From: Chiloscyllium plagiosum
Lineage: Eukaryota
Reading direction: 5' to 3'
Length of the DNA: 64,000 nucleotides
NCBI RefSeq assembly: GCF_004010195.1
Contig: NC_057755.1
Span: 11,676,580 to 11,740,579 of the forward strand
The notes beneath the pieces were generated by a model. It was not told where the DNA came from and ran no database searches. It saw only the letters and a program-made list of their open reading frames with translations. The position numbers were made by a program, and so were the translations under genes. Positions 1-10,981 of this stretch are shown here, piece after piece (the first letter of the stretch is position 1; each line of letters starts with the position of its first letter).

Positions 1-318
1 GAGGTAAGTTCTTTATATATCAATCACTTACCTTCCCGACCAGCTCTGCGCTCCAACCTCACTTCCGCCCAGCTCGCGCCGCTCTCTGCTGAGAAAAGAC
101 CGTTGGCGTCGAGGTAAGTTCTTTATATATCAATCACTTACCTTCCCGACCAGCTCTGCGCTCCAACCTCACTTCCGCCCAGCTCGCGCCGCTCTCTGCT
201 GTGAAAAGACCGTTGGCGTCGAGGTAAGTTCTTTACATATCAATCACTTACCTTCCCGACCAGCTCTGCGCTCCAACCTCACTTCCGCCCAGCTTGCGCC
301 GCTCTCTGCTGTGAAAAG
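1..318 (-). repeat. 110-bp GC-rich tandem repeat (about 2.9 units, cut by window edge); possibly LINE 5'UTR monomers
   Basis: Near-identical units start at 1, 111 and 221; the third ends at 318. On the - strand each unit has GGCGGAAGTG and AAG|GTAAGT. Confidence 0.9.
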
Positions 319-3300
319 CAGATATGATTTAAATTGGAGGCACGAGGAGGATCTGATAACTGAACAGACGCCCATTGCACTTTGGCTAAAAGACCGCAGA
401 TTTCTCCACCACTCCTTGGCGGCAGCTCCCCCAAGTTTTAGTGGGTCCCTCAGCACATAATCCAGGACATTGGAATGTGTCAATCTACAAAACCCAGTCA
501 AGGTCTACAACTTCCTCTGAAAGACCAACACATTTTGGGCAGACCAAAGAGCATCTTTCAATGAGTTAATGGTCTGCCAGGCGCAGTCGACATTTCGCTT
601 AGTGTGCATCATAGGGAACAGTCCGTATAGAACAAGTCTCACACCACAAAGCTGCCCAGAACAAATCTTGTCAAGAACCATTGCATCTCTCTCCAGATCT
701 TCTTTGCAAGGGCGTATTCCAATAGGATACATGTGACACCTTGTAGGGCAGTGTGAGGTAACGCACTAGGTATACATGAAGGAACTGGTGGGCAGTGGCC
801 TTCTCACGACCAGCTACATTATGTCTTGATACTTGTTGGATAGTTTTGCTGATGAGGCATTCTGCCAAATGACATTGACAGTGTGCTCAGGCCAAATCTG
901 ACGGAATCCACCCTTCCCTTTTCCTGTAGGGTCTTGAGGACACTGCTGGATTTGTGGTTGAAGGTGTTTTCTTTGCAAATTACTCCACAAAGGACAGGTG
1001 ATACAGAATGGTCCACACACTTGAAGCATTCCGCAGCAATGAGACCAGTCCCATCCTTTGCAACACTGGAGATAGGAAAAACCTCAGTATGTAGTGACAC
1101 TTGGTGTTTGCATACCGAAGGTCTACACACAGCTTGATGCAGCTGCACACAGTGGTGTCCATCAAAATGAGGCCTCCGCTGGGTATGTTCTTCACCCCTT
1201 TCTTATCCAGAGTTTTGTACATGGTGTTCCTTTGGCCAATAGTCCACCTTAGACCTCCAGATGAAGTGGTAGATGGCTCAGGGGCTTGAAAATGCACGCG
1301 TTCTAGGAATGGGGCAGAGCTGTGGAATGCACAACAACACTGAGTGTATCTCACACCTGCTGGGAGATACAGATTTGGTCAGGGTGAATCAACAATCCTA
1401 GAGCAGACCTGACCCTGTTGGTAGTGACCTTAGATAGGATTTTGTAATCTGTATTCAGTAGTGAAATTAGTCACCAATTTTTAATCTCCTTCCCTCCTCC
1501 TTCTGCTTGCAGATTAGGGTGATGATACCTCTCGTCATGGATTCACCCATGCTACCTGCCAGGAGTATACTGTCGTACACTTCCAGCAGGTCCTGGCCAA
1601 TCAAGTCCCACAGAGCAGAAATCAAACCGTTACATGTGAGAGTTTTATTCATTTTTGAGGACTCATGCATCTTGGTCAGCTCATCCAGAGATTATGGCTG
1701 GTACAGCCTCGACTATATTCTGTCATCTAAGACCTCCAGGAAAGAGGACAGGAATGACAGGGAGGCTGTGCTGTCTATGAGCTTCTTGTCATACAATCTG
1801 GCATAAAAGGATTTGCTAATCCTCAGGATGGCACGGTGGGTGGCACGGTGGCACAGTGGTTAGCACTGCTGCCTCAGCGCCAGAGACCCGGGTTCAATTC
1901 CCGCCTCAGGCGACCGACTGTGTGGAGTTTGCACATTCTCCCCGTGTCTGCGTGGGTTTCCTCCGGGTGCTCCGGTTTCCTCCCACACTCCAAAAATGTG
2001 CAGGTTAGGTGAATTGGTCACGCTAAATTGCCTGCAGTGTTAGGTGCAGGGGTAAATGTAGGGGAATGGGTCTGGGTGGGTGCACTCTGGCGGGTCCATG
2101 TGGACTTGTTGGGCCGAAGGACCTGTTTCCACACTGTAAGTAATCTAATCTAATGTCAGACTAAGATGATCTTACCGAGCCATCTTCTTCCTTCAGGCTG
2201 CTAAGCACAGGGTTCTTCTTGTGCACCTTCTGAAAGAAGAAACGTGAACATGTGTCATCCTGCTCTATAATGTGGACCTTGGACCAGAAAATTATCTTGG
2301 AGGCATCCGAGGCAAAAAATGAGGTTTGTTGGCTCTTCGCTTCATGGAAATCCTCTGTGACATCAACCCATCGTCTGCAGGTGTAGGTTCTGCATGCTTT
2401 TTTGGTGTTGGTGAAGTTAGATAGTTTTCCCCTCCTCTCTCTCTCTCTCTCACCTTCTGAACACCTTTGAGGATAAAGAGCCTCTTAATGTTCTCTTCGA
2501 TTGTTTCACACAAGTTCATTGGAGACTCACAGAGGTGCTTCACAGTTCTCTGACCTGTGTAATCTCTTTTGAGCTCCTCAATGTTTTCCAGGGTCAACAG
2601 TTTCATGTTCAACTTCCACATTCCCGTGCCAGCCCGCTGATCATCCTTCAGGTGTCAGTCCACTTACGGGAGGCAGTGGCCAGTGAAGAACACTAGCTTG
2701 CCGTTTGTGGATATGACCAAGGACATGTGGGACGCAAATAAGAAATCTGTCCTTGAGTGGATAGACCTGTCTGGCCGTGACCAGGTGCTTCACAGTTCTC
2801 CAAACTCTTTTGAGCTCCTCAAAATTTTATGGAGTCAACAGTTTCACGTTCAGCTTCCATGTTCCCTTGCCAGCCCACTGGTTGTCTTGCAGGTGGCATT
2901 CCACCAGCAGGAGGCAGTGATCAGTGAAGAACACTGGTTTGATGTTGGCAAATATGACCAAGAACATGTGGGACACAAACAGAAAATTTTTCCATGTGTG
3001 GATAGACCTGTCTGACCTATGTTGCACACAATCTGCAGGGGTGCTGAAGATGTTATGCAGCTTGGCAACTTTAACTGTTTCCATCAGGAATCTGGATGTG
3101 ATGCCTGGTTTGCTGTCAGCCTCTCCAGATCATTCATCTCTGGCCAGAATGACAAGCCTGGATATCGCCAGCAGCAGTGAGTGCTGCTGCAGGGGGACGG
3201 CCAGCCGCTCACTCTTGACCATTGGGGTGTACACGTTAGTTAGCCTCAGGGGAGCATTTTTGAACATAACATTTGCTACTAGGAGGTGTCCACACTCCAC

Positions 3301-3355
3301 CTCTTTAACTTCAGAGATGGTGAGCTTGTCTCCTCACAGCAAAATACCTTGGCCA
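319..3355 (-). mobile_element. Decayed L1/Tx1-clade LINE ORF2 (endonuclease, RT fragments, C-terminus)
   Basis: Minus-strand peptides: LRLTNVYTP, FFTDHCLL, GTWKLNVKLL (APE domain); WDLIGQDLLEVY...GIITLICK (RT start); AWQTINSLKDALWSAQN (C-terminus). Many stops and frameshifts; SINE inserted at about 1830-2153. Confidence 0.8.
1830..2153 (+). mobile_element. tRNA-derived V-SINE (shark HE1-like)
   Basis: Head TGGCACAGTGGTTAGC (A box) and GGTTCAATTCC (B box), V-like core GTGTCTGCGTGGGTTTCCTCCGGGTGCTCCGGTTTCCTCCCA, CR1-like tail, (TAATC)n end. Confidence 0.9.
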
Positions 3356-3475
3356 GATTAGTCAACATAGAAACACATCTCGTAGTTGATTTAATGCTAC
3401 ACAATCTAATATGGACAATTTTAAAATGCAACATGAGAGTTCATAGAATTACTTGCAGCCATTCTCCTACAGTCT

Positions 3476-4862
3476 TCTCACTGCGTCACTTTCTCCATGC
3501 CTACGGTGTGGGCAAACTGTTGCACACTCACAGAGGGTGGTGGTGGAGGGATGTTTTTCAGACTGGAGGCCTGTGACCAGTGGATTGCCACAAGGATCGG
3601 TGCTGGATCCACTACTTTTGCCATTTATATAAATGATTTGGATGTGAGTATAAGAGGTATAGTCAGTAAGTTTGCTGATGAGACCAAAATTGGAGGCATA
3701 GTGAACAGTGAAGAACGTTACCTCAGATTACAACGGGATCTTGATCAGATGGGCTAGTGGGCTGAGAAGTGGCAGATGGAGTTTAATTTAGATGTTGTAT
3801 TTTGGGAAAGCAAATCTTAGCAGGACTTATACACTTACTGGTAAGGTTCTAGGGAGTCTTGCTAAACAGAGAGACCTTGGAGTGTAGGTTCATAGCTCCT
3901 TGAAAGTGGAGTCACAGGTAGATAGGATAGTGAAGAAGGTGTTTGGTATGCTTTCCTTTATTGGTCAGAGTATTGAGGACAGGAGTTGGGAGGTCATGTT
4001 GCGGCTGGAGAGGACACTGGTTCGGCCGCTGTTGGAATATTGCGTGCAATTCTGGTCTCCTTCATATCGGAAAGATGTTGTGAAAGTTGAAAGGGTTCAG
4101 AAAAGATTTACAAGGATGTTGCCAGGGTTGGAAGATTTGAGTTATAGGGAGAGATTGAATAGGCTAGGGCTGTTTTCTCTGGAGCATGGAGTCTGAGGGG
4201 TGACCTTATAGAGGTTTATACAATCATGAGGGGCATGAATAGGATAAATATACACAGTCTTTTCCTTGGGTTGGGGGAGTCCAGAACTAGAGGGCATAGG
4301 TTTAGGGTGATATAAAAGAGACCTGAGGGGCAACTTTTTCACTCAAGAGGGTGGAACGTGTATGGAATGAGCTGCCAGAGGAAGCAGTGGAAGCTGGTAC
4401 AATTGCAACATTTAAAAGGCATCTGGATGGGTATATGAATAGGAAGGGTTCGATTTTTTAGATTCCCTACAGCGTGGAAACAGGCTCTTCAGCCCAATAA
4501 GTCCACACCAACCCTCGGTAGAGTTAACCCACTTCCCTCTGACTAATGCACCTAATGCTATGGGTAATTTAGCATAGCCAATCCACCTGACCTGTACACC
4601 TTTGGACTGTGGGAGGAAACAGGAGCACCTGGAGGAAACCCACGCAGACACGGGGAGAATGTGCGAACTCCACACAGTCACCCAAGGTTGGAATCGAACC
4701 CAGGTCCCTGGCGCTGTGAGGCTGCAGTGCTAACCACTGAGCCACCATGCTGTTTGGAGGGATATGGGCCAGGTGCTGCCAGGTGGGACTAGATTGGGTT
4801 GACATGGATGAGTTGGACCAAAGGGTCTGTTTCTGTGCTGTACATCTCTATGACTCTATGAC
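3476..4862 (+). mobile_element. CR1 LINE 3' part (RT C-half and tail) with nested SINE
   Basis: YINDLD, SKFADETKIGG, LVRPLLEYCVQFWSP; tail CTCTATGACTCTATG. Confidence 0.9.
4451..4752 (-). mobile_element. HE1-like V-SINE inserted in CR1 3' end
   Basis: Reverse complement of the SINE at 1830; CR1 sequence resumes on both sides. Confidence 0.85.
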
Positions 4863-5139
4863 ACTCTCCACACTAAGGTCGTCATCCTGTTCCTCCCTGG
4901 GGGATTGTCCTGATCAGCATCGTCAGGGTGAGTACAAAGCCAGAAAGATCCAGTTCTGAGTCTGCCAAAGGGACTGTTATGGTCTGCTTCTGATCCATGA
5001 ACTCCCACATCCCTTTGATTCTCCATCTCTATTTTATTTATTGAGTTCTTAGTATATATTTTTTTCAAAGTTTGTAAGCTGTATATATTTCCCCTACTTA
5101 CCTTCAACCTGAAAGTAACCTTCAAGAGATAGTCAAATT

Positions 5140-5400
5140 AGCAGCTATTACCACAAAAGAACATCTTGATTTTGTGGATGTTATATAAATGGATTGTGAC
5201 AATCCGGCTCTTGTGTTCAGAGAGAATGAACAATGCTGCCACAGACAGGACAGAGCAGGGACTCTCAACACCTTTCTCCTTAAATACCTTCAGGAGACAC
5301 TCACATTGTTTCACGCTCCTGAAAGTCACGTCAAAGAAGTCCCCTTTGTTAGGGGCTCCCAATCCTAGGCTTCATTTTATCCTGTAGAAAGGTCTTACAA
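5140..5400 (-). mobile_element. Tx1-like ORF1 fragment
   Basis: GDFFDVTFRSVKQCECLLKVFKEKG...RIVTIHLYN resembles Tx1/L1 ORF1. Confidence 0.55.
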
Positions 5401-5455
5401 GCTATGAACCAAAAAAGCAAGTAAAAAGCATCTGCTCCCCTTTGCATGGAATTAA

Positions 5456-5662
5456 GTCAAAAAGTGTGGTGCTGAAAAAGCACAGCAGGTCAGGCAGTAT
5501 TCAAGGAGCAGGAGAGCCGACATTTCCTTCATCAGGAATGTAGGGTTTATACCCAAAATGTCAACACTCCTACTGCTTGCATGCTGTCTGACCTGCTGTG
5601 CTTTTTCAGCATCATACGTTTCCACTCTGATCTCCAGCATCTGCAGTCCTCACTTTCTCCTA
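5456..5662. repeat. Palindromic Penelope-derived terminal repeat
   Basis: GCTGAAAAAGCACAGCAGGTCAGGCAG is mirrored by CTGTCTGACCTGCTGTGCTTTTTCAGC; same family as the Penelope termini at 29400-29500 and 60140-60225. Confidence 0.7.
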
Positions 5663-6423
5663 GTGTGATGTGATGACTCACACTCAGGATTATTCATCAA
5701 ATGTTTACCGATTGAAAATTCCTACCTAAAAGTAGTCAATTTATTTTGGAATTCATGAACTAGGATTGCTCAAGTAGAGCCCATAATTCACATATTATCT
5801 ACCAGTGTGTCAACCAATCAGGACCTTTTTCTCCACTAGTTAGAATCATTATAATGGTGTAAGTTAAGCATTCTTGCATTTGCCCTAATGATGGTGAAAT
5901 GAAATGAAAAGCTTCAGAAACATATTTCGGTTTGAAGCATCGTTCATATTTTGAATTGCCAAGCAACTGATTCATTAAAATCTTTTGTCCGCTGTCTTGC
6001 TAATGAATACCAGTAACTTTGTAATTACAATGCTAGATTAACTGTTATATGCTTAACTGTTTCCTGTCTTCACCTTTTCTTAAAGATAAATGTTACATTT
6101 GACATTTTCAATCCAGTGGAATCTTTCCAGAAACTGGGAACTGGAAAAAGTTACAGCCAATGTCTTTCCGTTACATTTTTAAGATAGTAGGATGTATTAT
6201 ATCAAGTCCAAGACACATATTATCCTTTAGTCCCATTAATTTTCCAAGCAATTCTTTCATAGTCATAGTAATTGTTCTAAGTTACTACTCTCCTCTTGTT
6301 TTAAATGTTCTACAGCTCTTTGAGTGATTTTGGTGTCACATGAGGACAGAGACAAACGAAATGTATTCAAACTGTATGCCATTTTCTTGGTTTCCATCAT
6401 GAATTCCATGGTCTTATCCCGCA

Positions 6424-6650
6424 AGGCAAAAGTAAGGACTGCAGATGCTGGAGATCAGAGTCAAAAAGTGTCTTGCCGGAGAAGCACAGACAGTCAGGCA
6501 GCATCTGAGGAGCGGGAAAATCGACATTTCGAGCACAAGCTCTTCATTAGGAATCCTGATGAAGAGCTTATGCTCGAAAAGTCGACTCTTCTGCTCCTCA
6601 GATGTTGCCTGACCGGCTTTGCTTTTCCAGCACCATACTTTTCGACTCTT
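6424..6650. repeat. Palindromic Penelope-derived repeat with hammerhead-like core
   Basis: About 100-bp arms inverted around ~6552; CTGATGA-A-GAGC-TTAT-GCTC-GAAA at 6556-6579. Confidence 0.8.
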
Positions 6651-7096
6651 GTCCTCCAAGGCACCAATGTTTAGCTTAGATAGATCACCACACCTCAAAA
6701 GAGTTAAATAGTTTAAAAATTGTGCAGAATTTCCCAATTTATAGATTTTCAGACATAGAAAGTACAGACCAGATTTCTGTACTTAACATGAATGACTATT
6801 TGTGAGAAAAAAGTAGACTCAAAGCTTCATGTAAACAATTATGAACCAATGGCATATAGCTCTACCAAATAAAACCCCAATTGTTTATAAACCACCCTCC
6901 TCTATCTCTCACACATATGTACATGCAAAGATAAAGAAACTCTGATGTTATGGTTTAAGGGAAAACTGGGAAAGCAGTTCAGCGATCTCTGTTCCCAGGA
7001 TCTGCTGATATGATTCTTGTGCTGATCAGAATGCTGCTTCTCAGTCTTCCTTCTTGGTTTGCAGCAGGCACAGGTGGCTGGTTCACACATGTAAAG

Positions 7097-7200
7097 AGTT
7101 TCTGACTTCTTACTTAGAGTTCACAGCTGACAGCAACTCAGCTGGTTTAGTTTCTGACTTCTTAGTTAGAGTTCATAGCTGACTGCAACTCAGCTGGTTT
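7097..7200. repeat. 52-bp tandem duplication
   Basis: AGTTTCTGACTTCTT...CAACTCAGCTGGTTT starts at 7097 and again at 7149. Confidence 0.9.
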
Positions 7201-7559
7201 TCTTCAGGCTTAAAATGGCATTTACAGCAGAAAACAGAGAGTGATCCTGGGCTGGTAGCAGACTGAAGGCTTCTCATTATCCGCTTCATAGCCCTAAACT
7301 GTTCAGCTACCAAGTGATTGTTGATATGCAGTTGTTTTCTTCGAAAACTGGTCACTCGTGCATAGACCAAGCATCTACTTACCAACCAAAGCTCCATTTA
7401 TACACAACCCTCTAGCTACAGTTAGTCTGCAAAATACACTTTAACTATTGCTGGAACCAGCAGCTGTATAGACAATGTTTACAATGATTGTCAGTTTATC
7501 TGCTTTCAAAATACGCAGCAATCTTTCAACAATCTCCTTTCACTCCAAAATTAAAAATG

Positions 7560-8855
7560 AAGAAAAATAAGAAAGACAGATCTTTACATGCCTCCATCCA
7601 TAAAACATCGAAACATCATTCAGAAATGTATTTCATTACAAAATATTTGATACATGACATCTGGAAAATATAGGAGAAACCAATACTTGTTTATTAATTA
7701 AGATTGCCTCTCATTCTGCTGATCATAACATTTTTGTTTGTTTCTTGAACAAATTTGATAAAGGCACAGCTATCATGCTAAAATTACACAAACATTTCCA
7801 GTAAAATCTACGCATTCCTAAAAACTAATGTTTTTTCATTTACTATATACTATAGCATCATCTAAATAAACTACACAGTTGTAAACCATAACTACAACCA
7901 GATTCACAAGCCTCTGGAATGTAATTGAGGTGTTTTTTTAAAACCCAAACAGCATCAACTGAAATTGGTATAATTTATATGGTGTAACAAAAGCAGATTT
8001 TTTTAATCTCTTGATTTTCTTGGCATTTATTAGTACTCCTTCATCAGATTAATTTTAGAAAGGAATGAGACACTAACAACCCTTGCAATGCAGCAGTCCA
8101 GCTGTGGAACTGGATACAAACCACATTCACCTTTCTATAATCTCTGCAAGTCTAGTTGATCCATCTAGTTTAGTGAACTCAAACTGCTGTGACTAAATTT
8201 AATTAAGTGCTTTTCCAGCATATTCTGAATCTCTGTTTCCATCTGAACTTGTTTCTCTGGGCTCAACCAATAAGGATGTTAGTTATGATGCACATAACCG
8301 ACTCTCCCATGTCCATATCACATCGAGCTAATGTAGCACATCCAGGTATGTCTCCACAGATGACTATGTGCTTTCTCAGTAATCTTACAAGATATTACTA
8401 TTGTCCTTTCTCTAAAAATGAAAACTGAATGTTTACCTGTTCCGGTATTTCCATGTTAACTAATTGAATTATAGGAGGTTCATTTTGAGAACTGTCTGCA
8501 CCAACTTACTATCATGAAAACCATCATCTTCCACTAATCCACTAATACTTGTTCCTATTTGTGCTCTTTTGACAATACTTTTCAGTATAACATAAATGAT
8601 TCTTCTTCTTATAATTCAAAATTATTTATCAGATAAGTCACCCTTATGCATTGTCAACTACATAACTACCATGTATGAACAAATGAGCTTTGTTTTTTTT
8701 AACATAAGGTAAAGGTAACGGTGTCAATATTTCATCTTCCTTGTTCAGAATACATTGTAATTGGTAGCCCATAAAACTTTAAACTTTTCTAAGACTGCCC
8801 TGGCTGTTATCATCCTTAAGGAATAGCTTCTGCGAACTGTGTCATCATATTCATA
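7560..8855 (-). mobile_element. Highly decayed Ty3/gypsy (Gmr1-like) pol remnant, IN followed by RT
   Basis: Manual minus-strand translation: TQFAEAI..RMITARAVLEK..YGLPITMYSEQG (integrase, ~8850-8740), then HPYWLSPEKQVQMETEIQNMLEKHLI, DYRKVN, YPVPQLDCCI..SKINLMK (RT, ~8290-8035). Left boundary uncertain. Confidence 0.7.
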
Positions 8856-9124
8856 GTTGTAAGTGAAACATCTGTACAGAAGCTAACATCTCATTACCAA
8901 GTCACCCTTTATTTACATGTGTACTGACCAGTCAGCTCCAAGCCAGTCTCTCGACTGAGGAGATCTTCTGATGCTCCTATTCATATCTGTCAGCCAGTGC
9001 TCCCTCATTAGCCCAGGTCAACAACCCCAATCAAGGATCTCATAGTCAATAAGATCCAGCTGGCCCTGGATCCAAAGAATATCTCTGCGTTTTGGAGGTC
9101 AGCATGCAAACCACAACCAATTGG

Positions 9125-9607
9125 GACCATGAGATGTGCAGTGCACTCTGGGATTTGGGGACTGACAGGCAGATCATTCCGGGGTTTGGGTTTTGTCAGA
9201 GATGGCATCAATTTGGCATCTGACAACATTGATGAGGGGGTCACTCCAGGGTTTGGGAAGGAGTGGGGATTCCTCAAGGACTGTGAGGAGGCAGGGTGGA
9301 CATCACTCCGTGATTTAGGGATGGAGGAGTGCATATGGGGATTTAGGAACAGGGATGAATCATTCTGGGGTTTGGGTACTTTGGATAGGGAGGGGGCCAG
9401 AACTGGGATGAAGGACGTAGAAAAAGCATGTCACTCTAGGTTTTGAAGACTGGGGAGGGGGTGTACTTCGGGATTTTGGGTCAGTGGGAGGGGGGGTGTA
9501 ACTTCAAGGTTTGAAGACCAGGGGGAGTTATTACTCTGGGGTGGCGTTATCACTCGAGGGATTGGGAACTGTGGAGGGGAGGGGGGCGTGGGTTTGGGTG
9601 ATGAAGG
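9125..9607 (+). repeat. Degenerate G-rich tandem-like repeat (left part)
   Basis: Recurring TCACTC(C/T)-GGG(A/T)TTTGGG-ACTG-GGGAGG motif every 30-40 nt; continues after the ERV. Confidence 0.7.
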
Positions 9608-10299
9608 TGTGGGATATAGGTAAATTAAAGTTTCTTCTGCAGATCTGCAATTATAATTTCTGATACAAAGTAAATGAACTCACACCAGTGTGTAATTGTT
9701 TTAGCCAAGAGCTGAGTCAACAAGAATGGAAACTATGTGGAGGAAATATATAATTGTTTTTGTATTAGCTAAAAATTGTATGCCAGCATGAAACGTGATT
9801 GCAAAACAATGGTAGATATTATGGGCAAATAGATAAGGTGTTGTGAGGGGATGAAGTTAAGCCAGATACGCCTGTACAAACATCTGTTTCCCACTTTGTA
9901 TGGAGACATAGGAACAAACCCTAATTAAAGAGGTCATAAAGATCAGAGTGGTCTCCGGAAAGGCCCAGATGGAAAGAATATGCCTAACGATGACCTGTAG
10001 TGGGATGACGTCAAACGACCTTATGAGGCCAGAGATAAGCATTCTATCACGGACAAGGCCGGATAAGCAGGGGTGGTGGGATCAATCTTAGGGAAGTGAA
10101 TGATGTAAATGGGGGGGGAAACAATGAAATAAGAAAAAATATGTAGGGACCCAAATTATATAAATTTCGAGTTTGTTGAATTTGGTGTGTTTTTGTCCCT
10201 GCCTTGTGGACATTACACCCACTTGCAAATGTAAAATAAAGGACACTGCTGATTCAGATTTTCGTCTCGGACTGCAATTATTGAAGTGAGTGAGCTTTG
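9608..10299 (+). repeat. ERV 5' LTR
   Basis: 9842-10299 matches 14248-14684; TATATAAA 10157-10164, AATAAA 10235-10240. The 9608 start is inferred from the TSD and terminal TG. Confidence 0.85.
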
Positions 10300-10393
10300 G
10301 CACAGGGTCTTTTGAAAGTACATTTTGTGACAAAGGCATGGCCAGACATACAGAGAAAGATACAGAAGATAGAAGGATGGAGTGAAAAACAAT

Positions 10394-10410
10394 TGGGGGC
10401 TGTCCGGGAT
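10394..10410 (+). promoter_or_regulatory. Primer binding site, tRNA-Pro
   Basis: TGGGGGCTGTCCGGGAT versus the canonical tRNA-Pro PBS TGGGGGCTCGTCCGGGAT (one base missing). Confidence 0.9.
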
Positions 10411-10704
10411 TTTCTTCCATCGCTGGGGGGAGTGGCTGGCCTTGGACACTGGGAAGACGCGTCCCATTCCCAACTGAGGAGCGGTCTCGTGTCCCGGTTT
10501 GGTCTGCTCCCTTGGTCGACTGGTACGGATCCCACAAGAGAGACATCTGAATCAGACAGTGATGGGAGGTTGATAGAAAATACGGCAAAAAGGGGCCAGG
10601 CAACTCTGTGCACAGACGAGGTAAGAAAATTGACTTTTAAGTATTGCCTTGGTGGCCGGGATTGAGTTTTAGTAGTTAATAAGGGACTAACGAAGGAACT
10701 CAAT

Positions 10705-10981
10705 ATGGATTGTGCCGTGGGTAAGGAAAAAGCCTCCGGGAAAACAAAAGAAGAACGAGGCAATGGAAATGGAGGAGGGGTCCCTTATAACATACCTCCA
10801 GAAAGTCCTTTGGGCAGGATGTTGTGGAATTAGAGAGATAATACTTGTACAAGGGAGAAAGATGATTAAATATTGTTGCTTTGTATGGACTAAGGAATCC
10901 ATTCTTTATCCCGCCGTCTTCTGGCCAAAGTACAGGTCGGACGAAGACTGGGTTTGTAAACATCTGAATTTATATGTCAAT
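10705..10981 (+). pseudogene. gag: ERV gag matrix region
   Basis: ATG 10705 MDCAVGKEK...IPPESPLGRML, then a stop and frameshift, KMIKYCCFVW...WPKYRSDEDWVCKHLNLYVN. Confidence 0.8.

Noticed and set aside
1..318. CRISPR-like array
   Set aside because: Whole 110-bp units repeat with no unique spacers; the context is vertebrate with no cas genes.
1830..1915. tRNA genes at SINE heads (here and in other copies)
   Set aside because: A and B boxes run straight into the SINE core and LINE-like tail; these are tRNA-derived heads, not tRNA genes.
8858..9065. Possible solo LTR fragment
   Set aside because: Starts with TG and has a minus-strand AATAAA, but no TSD, terminal CA or partner LTR was identified.
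319..9600. Exons of an upstream neighbour gene (TET1 is upstream of CCAR1 in human)
   Set aside because: All recognisable coding traces here are TE-derived; no host exon can be supported.
9842..9847. TGTGAG as the 5' end of the provirus (matches terminal CTCACA)
   Set aside because: No TSD at this point, whereas 9608 gives an AAGG duplication and restores the flanking G-rich array.
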